Positions 26,977-32,000 of a DNA stretch of 32,000 nucleotides are shown here, in pieces. Within the stretch, counting starts at the first letter, position 1; each line of letters starts with the position of its first letter. Below the pieces are notes generated by a model. It searched no databases. It saw only the letters and a list, made by a program, of their open reading frames with translations, and was not told where the DNA came from. Position numbers and translations under genes: made by a program. Origin of the DNA: Nostoc punctiforme PCC 73102 (GTDB lineage Bacteria; Cyanobacteriota; Cyanobacteriia; Cyanobacteriales; Nostocaceae); assembly GCF_000020025.1 (NCBI RefSeq), contig NC_010628.1, forward strand, positions 1,770,001 through 1,802,000, written 5' to 3'.

Positions 26977-27552
26977 TTATTTCCCTAAATTCCGCTTCAT
27001 TTGTTCTAACTCGTCTTGGGTTTCCCAGCTACGGAACTTCTCTTCTAAGTCATCAAACCCACTAGAATAATTGCTAGTTTTATTCGACCAGCCACTGGTT
27101 TCAAAACGCTGCTGAGTTTGCGCTTTATCACGGGCTGTTTGTGCTTCAGCGGCTTTAGCTTGCACCTCCTGTCGCCGTTGCTGGATTTTTCGTAATAGTT
27201 CTTGAGATTGGTTAATGCGTTCTTTCAGCCCTTGCATGTGTCCCCAGCGCTGATTTCCTTCGCGCAACAGGGCTGCTTCTCGCTCACCCGCCGCAGTCGC
27301 TAAATCTTCTCTGCCAGCGTTTTTGGCTTTTTGAACACGGATATGCCAACGCTGAATTTCTTGAGCGGTGGAGAGAATTTCTTCTTGCGATCGCTTTTCT
27401 TGTAATCGTAAATCTGCGATCAGTTTTAATGTGTCTTCTTCTTGCTCACGCAGCTGTTCTAGCAGCGCCTCTAACTCCAAATGTGGATTGTTACGCAAGA
27501 ATTCTTCTAAACGGTTTTCTAAAAACCGACTTAAATCATCAAATAATCCCAC
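26977..27552 (-). CDS. PspA/IM30-like coiled-coil protein
   Basis: The MGLFDDLSRFLENRLEEFL N-terminus is typical of the PspA/Vipp1 family. A long heptad-rich, charged helical region follows. This is similarity by eye only. Confidence 0.45.
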   Translation of the reverse strand: MGLFDDLSRFLENRLEEFLRNNPHLELEALLEQLREQEEDTLKLIADLRLQEKRSQEEILSTAQEIQRWHIRVQKAKNAGREDLATAAGEREAALLREGNQRWGHMQGLKERINQSQELLRKIQQRRQEVQAKAAEAQTARDKAQTQQRFETSGWSNKTSNYSSGFDDLEEKFRSWETQDELEQMKRNLGK

Positions 27553-27701
27553 TGCTAGAACTCCAGAGATCGGGTGCGTGACTATTTTATTGTAGTAGTC
27601 AGGTGGCCTTCTGGGTGTTAGTTAGATTTCAAAGTTGGGAAGAATGTATTTGGTGAAACTACGCAAACAACGCTGACTTATAAAATAAGGCTTTAATCAG
27701 T

Positions 27702-29246
27702 ATGAGTTCTGATTTTCAACCGCCACCTAAGAACTTGTCCATACTAGCTTCTGTAGGAGGGGTAGTTACGGCTGTAATAGCGATCGCAATTTTAAATGGT
27801 TGGTCTAAGCAACTTTCCCAAGCTTCCATAGAAAAACCGGAAATCTCAACATCCGAAACTGCTTCACGCCAGTTGGTACAACCAAAGAAACCCCAAAACC
27901 CTGCCTCTAGTGCTGAAGCATCTGAAATCATTGCCCGTCTTGATGCTAAATCTGTAGTTTTACCAGGTCAATCTATTCCTAAGAACCAACTCACAGTAGC
28001 GATAATTCCATACATTGCTCCGGGAGTTGGAAAACTAACTCCAGAGGAAATGACAACGGCACGTATTGCTTGGTCATATTTCCAGCGCAACTGGAATGAT
28101 GAAACTGGTTTGATCAATTCCGTTGACGGCTTTGCCTCTGTCAGTATGTGGGATCAGACAGCAGCGATCGCAGCTTTAGTTAGTGCTAGAGAACTCAATA
28201 TCGTGCCTGCGGCTGAATTTGAAGCCAAAATGAGCAAAATGTTGAAAACACTGGCATCGATGCCTTTATATAAAGGGGAATTACCCAACAAGGTTTACAA
28301 TGCCAAAACCCTCCTACCCGTCAATTATGGTCAACTAGAAAAACGCGAAGAAATTGGTTGGTCAGCTATCGATTTGGGAAGGATGGCAATCTGGTTGAAG
28401 ATTGTCGAGGCAAAGTATCCAGAAATGCGATCGCTTTCTACAGACGTTTGGAAACATTGGCAAGTCAAGCGTATTACCAAAAATGGAAAAATGTACGGGA
28501 CTGCCGTTATTAAAGGTAGAGAACAATACAATCAAGAAGGCCGCTTGGGCTATGAGAATTATGCTGCCTACGGATTAAAGCTTTGGGGCTTGAATGTTAC
28601 ACAAGCATTGGATTATCAGTCCAATGTTGCCTTTGTCGATCTTTACGGACAGGGAGTTCCTTACGATCGCCGCGACTATAAAAACTCTGGAGCCAATAAC
28701 TACGTTCTTAGCGAACCCTATATTTTAGATGGTATCGAAACTGGGTTTCAAGCTTTGCCTAAAGCCTATGCCGATCGGATTTTAGCTGCTCAAGTAGGGC
28801 GTTATGAAGCGACAAAACAATTAACCGCCGTTACCGAAGACAACTTAGATCGCCCTCCATACTTTGTTTACAGCAGCTTGTTTGTCAACGGAGAACCTTG
28901 GGCAACCGTCACAGATACCCAACAAAAACACAACGATTTGCGGTTTCTCAGTGCCAAAGCTGCGATCGGCTGGCACGTGCTTTATAATACTGATTACACG
29001 CAGCAGTTATTTAATTTCGTCCAAGCTAACCTTAACTCTAAAGATGGTTGGTACAACGGCTTTTATGAATCTATGCGTCAGCCAAATAAAACTCTCACCG
29101 CCAACAATAATGGCGTAATTTTAGAAAGCTTACTGTATAAACAAGTTGGACAACCACTTACTGTTTGGGCAGGAGTTAAAAGTCAGAAGTTAACCCAAAG
29201 GGCTATCAGAAAACCGCAAGTTACAGCTAAGATTCTAAAACAATGA
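27702..29246 (+). CDS. DUF3131-family protein (membrane-anchored, probable alpha/alpha-barrel glycoside-hydrolase-like)
   Basis: It has an N-terminal TM anchor (ILASVGGVVTAVIAIAILNGW). Conserved blocks are MWDQTAAIAAL, LPNKVYNA, GWSAIDLGR, QEGRLGYENYAAYGLKLWG and NNYVLSEPYILDGIE. It is a paralog of the 31104-> gene. The family name is from memory. Confidence 0.6.
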   Translation: MSSDFQPPPKNLSILASVGGVVTAVIAIAILNGWSKQLSQASIEKPEISTSETASRQLVQPKKPQNPASSAEASEIIARLDAKSVVLPGQSIPKNQLTVAIIPYIAPGVGKLTPEEMTTARIAWSYFQRNWNDETGLINSVDGFASVSMWDQTAAIAALVSARELNIVPAAEFEAKMSKMLKTLASMPLYKGELPNKVYNAKTLLPVNYGQLEKREEIGWSAIDLGRMAIWLKIVEAKYPEMRSLSTDVWKHWQVKRITKNGKMYGTAVIKGREQYNQEGRLGYENYAAYGLKLWGLNVTQALDYQSNVAFVDLYGQGVPYDRRDYKNSGANNYVLSEPYILDGIETGFQALPKAYADRILAAQVGRYEATKQLTAVTEDNLDRPPYFVYSSLFVNGEPWATVTDTQQKHNDLRFLSAKAAIGWHVLYNTDYTQQLFNFVQANLNSKDGWYNGFYESMRQPNKTLTANNNGVILESLLYKQVGQPLTVWAGVKSQKLTQRAIRKPQVTAKILKQ

Positions 29247-29301
29247 AAAATCTGGCGTTGCATAGAAGTATAAATTGGAGCGATGCTGAATTTCTATACA
29301 A

Positions 29302-29385
29302 TGTCCAGAGTGTGAATCAACTCATAACCACAAGAATGGCAGAAAATATGGTAAACAAAATCACCATAGTGTTGGGCTACTGTAA
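29302..29385 (+). pseudogene. Relic of a transposase N-terminal zinc ribbon (IS1-like)
   Basis: The translation CPECESTHNHKNGRKYGKQNHHSVGLL* fits the CPxCxS-x4-KNG-x4-GKQ start of IS1-type transposases. The adjacent ATG (29301) is out of frame, and nothing transposase-like follows. Confidence 0.3.
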
Positions 29386-29390
29386 TAGCC

Positions 29391-29948
29391 TCATGATAAA
29401 AGCCTCTTAACAGAAACTGAAACGTCTGCGAATGCTAGTGGTGTAATTATTCCTTCTCCAATAGTATATTTTTCAACGTACTCACCATCTTGAGGGTTCC
29501 TTAACACAATCATCTGTTTGGTAGATAAGTCTAAAATCCAATATTCTTGAATCGCAGCCGTTGCATAAATTACAGCCTTGATATCCAAGTCTTTCTTTAA
29601 GATTGTTTTAGCAACTTCCACAATCCAGAAGATATCTTGAGGAGCGGGATGGCGATCGTTGTAGGATGATTCTGGAAGTCGAACAATTGCAATATCAGGT
29701 TCGGGTTCCGAGTCGGATAGTGTAATGGGCCCATTGAAGCGGACATCAGCTTTACCTGATAGCAATTTTTCTAAATATTTTGCACCTCGTTTTGCTGTGG
29801 TGTAGTGAATTGGGGTTTCTAGACTCATCTCAACAATTTCGCCTGCTAGCAGTTCCAGATGACGACCACGTAGGATGCCCGCCTCAACCATGCGATGATA
29901 GTCGTCTACAGACCATTTAGCCAGGGTTTTCATAGCAGAATTGCTCAC
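29391..29948 (-). CDS. Uma2-family (DUF820) putative endonuclease
   Basis: WSVDDYHRMVEAGIL...LELLAGEIVEMS...EPEPDIAIV...WIVEVA are the characteristic PD-(D/E)xK-like blocks of cyanobacterial Uma2 proteins. Confidence 0.85.
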   Translation of the reverse strand: MSNSAMKTLAKWSVDDYHRMVEAGILRGRHLELLAGEIVEMSLETPIHYTTAKRGAKYLEKLLSGKADVRFNGPITLSDSEPEPDIAIVRLPESSYNDRHPAPQDIFWIVEVAKTILKKDLDIKAVIYATAAIQEYWILDLSTKQMIVLRNPQDGEYVEKYTIGEGIITPLAFADVSVSVKRLLS

Positions 29949-30090
29949 ATTCTTGTGATAAACCTAGTTCAATTTTATGGGTTCTTAGTTGATAAAGTTT
30001 GTCAAAAATCTAAACTTAACGATTTTAACATTAGCAAGCAATTTTAATATGCTTCTGGGGCTGTTTTGCAGGCAAGTCAACTTCTTCATA

Positions 30091-30954
30091 CTACCTTACA
30101 TCTCCTTGCCCATCAGATTGTTGTGACCTATGTAGCTCCATAAGTTCTCCCAGCTTGAAAAACCTTATGCCATCCTCAGAAATATTTGGCTTGATAGGTT
30201 CAACCTCATAACCTTCTTTACTTGGGATTCCAACATCTTCTAAAATCAACTCGTCATAGCCTGAATTGCTTACTTCTGGATCATCTCTATAATTTTGGCT
30301 GTCAAGTATTATATTGTAGCCAACCTCATATTTATAGGATTTAATAACTAGACTATGTACAATACCGGGCTGATTACGCCATAAAACACGTGTACCGAGA
30401 GGATAGTAAACTACATTATTTAGTGGTGGAACCTGCTCGATAAAATTCCTGTTTTCTAAAATTTCAATTAGCTCTTCTAGCTTTTCAGATGGTAACTTAA
30501 ACCACTCGCTGTCTTCTACTCGATATTCGGCGAAAGCTTCATGTAAAAGCTTTTCAAATCTAGGTGCATCTTCAAAAAAAGAAGAGCAAACAAATAAATG
30601 TTTAACTGGATTGCCTGTTTGTAGTTCTCGCATCCTTTTTGCGACATCCTTAGTAATACCTATTTTGTAATATTCTCTCGACTTTAGAACATAAATAAAT
30701 CTATTTGAATTAGTTACTTCTTCATCGGATTGGGTATAGAAGGGTAAATGGTTCCAAAACCAGGATTCTCCCTTCTCATCTGGGGGAAATTGGTCAAAGT
30801 ACTTACCTACAACATTCGCGCATTTTCCCCAATGTGCAGAGACTATTGTACTAGGATATACACCTCTCGAAAAAATACCACCTATCCCTTTGATCCAATA
30901 AGTTCCTTTATTGTCTTTAATCGGTTCTCCACAGAGGTAGCAAATAGGTTCCAA
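30091..30954 (-). CDS. T5orf172 / MUG113 (GIY-YIG-like) domain protein with Cys-containing N-terminus and SH3-like C-terminal region
   Basis: The central block is FIYVLKSREYYKIGITKDVAKRMRELQTGNPVKHLF...EKLLHEAFAEYRVEDSEWFKL. The N-terminus is MEPICYLCGEPI. The C-terminal part reads YYPLGTRVLWRNQPGIVHSLV. Confidence 0.7.
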   Translation of the reverse strand: MEPICYLCGEPIKDNKGTYWIKGIGGIFSRGVYPSTIVSAHWGKCANVVGKYFDQFPPDEKGESWFWNHLPFYTQSDEEVTNSNRFIYVLKSREYYKIGITKDVAKRMRELQTGNPVKHLFVCSSFFEDAPRFEKLLHEAFAEYRVEDSEWFKLPSEKLEELIEILENRNFIEQVPPLNNVVYYPLGTRVLWRNQPGIVHSLVIKSYKYEVGYNIILDSQNYRDDPEVSNSGYDELILEDVGIPSKEGYEVEPIKPNISEDGIRFFKLGELMELHRSQQSDGQGDVR

Positions 30955-31103
30955 TCACTTACTCCTTTGTTGCTAGCTTAAGTTTCAATTGCAATTTGGC
31001 GTATCTTCACGAACACAACACAAATCGGTAGTTATTTGCATCCTTACGAATATAACTGTAAAGACGCGCTATGCGCTCCTAACTCCTAATTCCTTTTTTG
31101 CGT

Positions 31104-32000
31104 ATGATATACAAACTCCGTCAACAAAAGCTGTTGAGATGGATTGCATTGTTCCTAGTTGGAACATTTCTGCAATTTTTGTTTTACATCCCGACACCAG
31201 TCTTATCTCAAAATTCCAATAGCTGTAGCAATATTACAGCCCCTCTGACACCTGAAGAACAAACTTACGCTCGTGGTGCTTGGCAGTATTTTGTCAAAAA
31301 TTATCAGCCAGCAACAGGATTTACCAATTCTACAGGGGGTTATCCTTCTGGTACACTCTGGGATATGGGTAATTACCTGATGGCGTTGAATGCTGCACGC
31401 TGGTTGAATCTCACTGACCAAGCAGACTTTGATGCTCGTCTCAACAAATTTTTAACGACTCTCAGCAGCTTAAAGTTATTTGAAGATGCCTTGCCCAATA
31501 AAGTCTATAACGCAGCCAATGCACAAATGGTTGATTATGGCAACAATCCACTTGAGCGAGGTATTGGTTGGTCTGCTTTGGATGTTGGGCGAATACTGGC
31601 GGCGTTTGATGTCATCCGTACCTGTCATCCGCAATATAATGATTGGCTCAAAGGAATTGTAGCAAAGTGGCAAGTGGCGCGATCGCTCAAAGATGGGCAA
31701 CTTTTTGGCGCTACTGTTCTCCCAGACAACAAAACGTTACTGGTGCAAGAAGGACGACTCGGCTATGAAGAATACGGGGCTAGAGGTTATGGACTTTGGG
31801 GTTTCCCCGCACCCAAAGCTATTTCTTTAGAACCGTTTAAGTTAGTCGAAATTAATGGCGTGCAAATTCCCGTTGATACCCGTGACTTTAAAAGCACCAA
31901 TGCTAATAATTACGTTGTTAGTGAGTCTTATATCCTTGAAGGGATTGAGTTTGGCTTGCAAGGTGAGTTAGCTGATTTTGCTGCCAGGGTTTTAGATGTA
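31104..32000 (+). CDS. DUF3131-family protein, paralog of 27702-29246 (3' end beyond window)
   Basis: This is my own translation; the ORF is not in the track because it has no stop. It starts MIYKLRQQKLLRWIALFLVGTFLQFLF (signal/anchor). It continues ...LWDMGNYLMAL...LPNKVYNA...GWSALDVGR...QEGRLGYEEYGARGYGLWG...NNYVVSESYILEGIE. It stays open through nt 32000 (299 codons). Confidence 0.75.
   Translation, partial: MIYKLRQQKLLRWIALFLVGTFLQFLFYIPTPVLSQNSNSCSNITAPLTPEEQTYARGAWQYFVKNYQPATGFTNSTGGYPSGTLWDMGNYLMALNAARWLNLTDQADFDARLNKFLTTLSSLKLFEDALPNKVYNAANAQMVDYGNNPLERGIGWSALDVGRILAAFDVIRTCHPQYNDWLKGIVAKWQVARSLKDGQLFGATVLPDNKTLLVQEGRLGYEEYGARGYGLWGFPAPKAISLEPFKLVEINGVQIPVDTRDFKSTNANNYVVSESYILEGIEFGLQGELADFAARVLDV

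Noticed and set aside
30748-31700. ORFs 30748-30981, 30989-31222, 31203-31421, 31476-31700 and 31480-31662.
   Set aside because: They overlap the T5orf172-domain gene or the open-ended DUF3131 paralog (frame 3 from 31104) in other frames or strands. They have no motifs.
1-32000. tRNA, rRNA, tmRNA or riboswitch candidates.
   Set aside because: I saw no cloverleaf-compatible GTTCRAnnC T-arm contexts or rRNA-like conserved blocks by eye. Absence is not proven without tRNAscan or Infernal.

Overview
The window looks like chromosomal DNA from a filamentous, Nostocales-type cyanobacterium. This is an inference from frequent HIP1 GCGATCGC palindromes, Nostoc-style GC-rich hairpin repeats, and Uma2, DUF3131 and TIGR03492-like genes. 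No searches were run; all family names come from motifs read in the translations.

Layout, left to right:
- (1) An rtcB RNA-ligase gene, open at the left edge, is split by a decayed IS4-family element. The right junction of that element is amplified into five 20-bp tandem copies.
- (2) About 3 kb (2858-5898) is AT-rich with no ORF of 60 aa or more in the supplied track. It holds a head-to-tail array of ~100-nt modules on the minus strand. Each module has a conserved 5' box, an internal box and its own intrinsic terminator. I read this as a candidate multicopy sRNA family and the most interesting signal in the window.
- (3) A receiver-domain-rich two-component cluster follows: a CheY-like response regulator (RR), two sensor-less REC-HisKA-HATPase hybrid kinases, an Rcp-like RR pseudogene with three in-frame TAA stops, and a NarL-type RR.
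- (4) Envelope genes: a lipid-A-disaccharide-synthase-related gene divergent from an Omp85/BamA gene.
- (5) A TIGR03032-like gene sits directly upstream of a 1673-aa protein. That protein has two seven-bladed FG-GAP propellers, cadherin-like modules and C-terminal RTX repeats.
- (6) An MDR-family NADP oxidoreductase, then an IS630 element carrying a nested 56-bp small-repeat insertion.
- (7) A secreted protein with interrupted collagen-like G-X-Y tracts, a short orphan ABC-permease-like gene and a PspA-like coiled-coil gene.
- (8) Two DUF3131 paralogs are separated by a ~1.85-kb insert. It carries a Uma2 endonuclease gene, a T5orf172/GIY-YIG-like gene and a transposase zinc-ribbon relic.

I found no rRNA, tRNA or CRISPR features.
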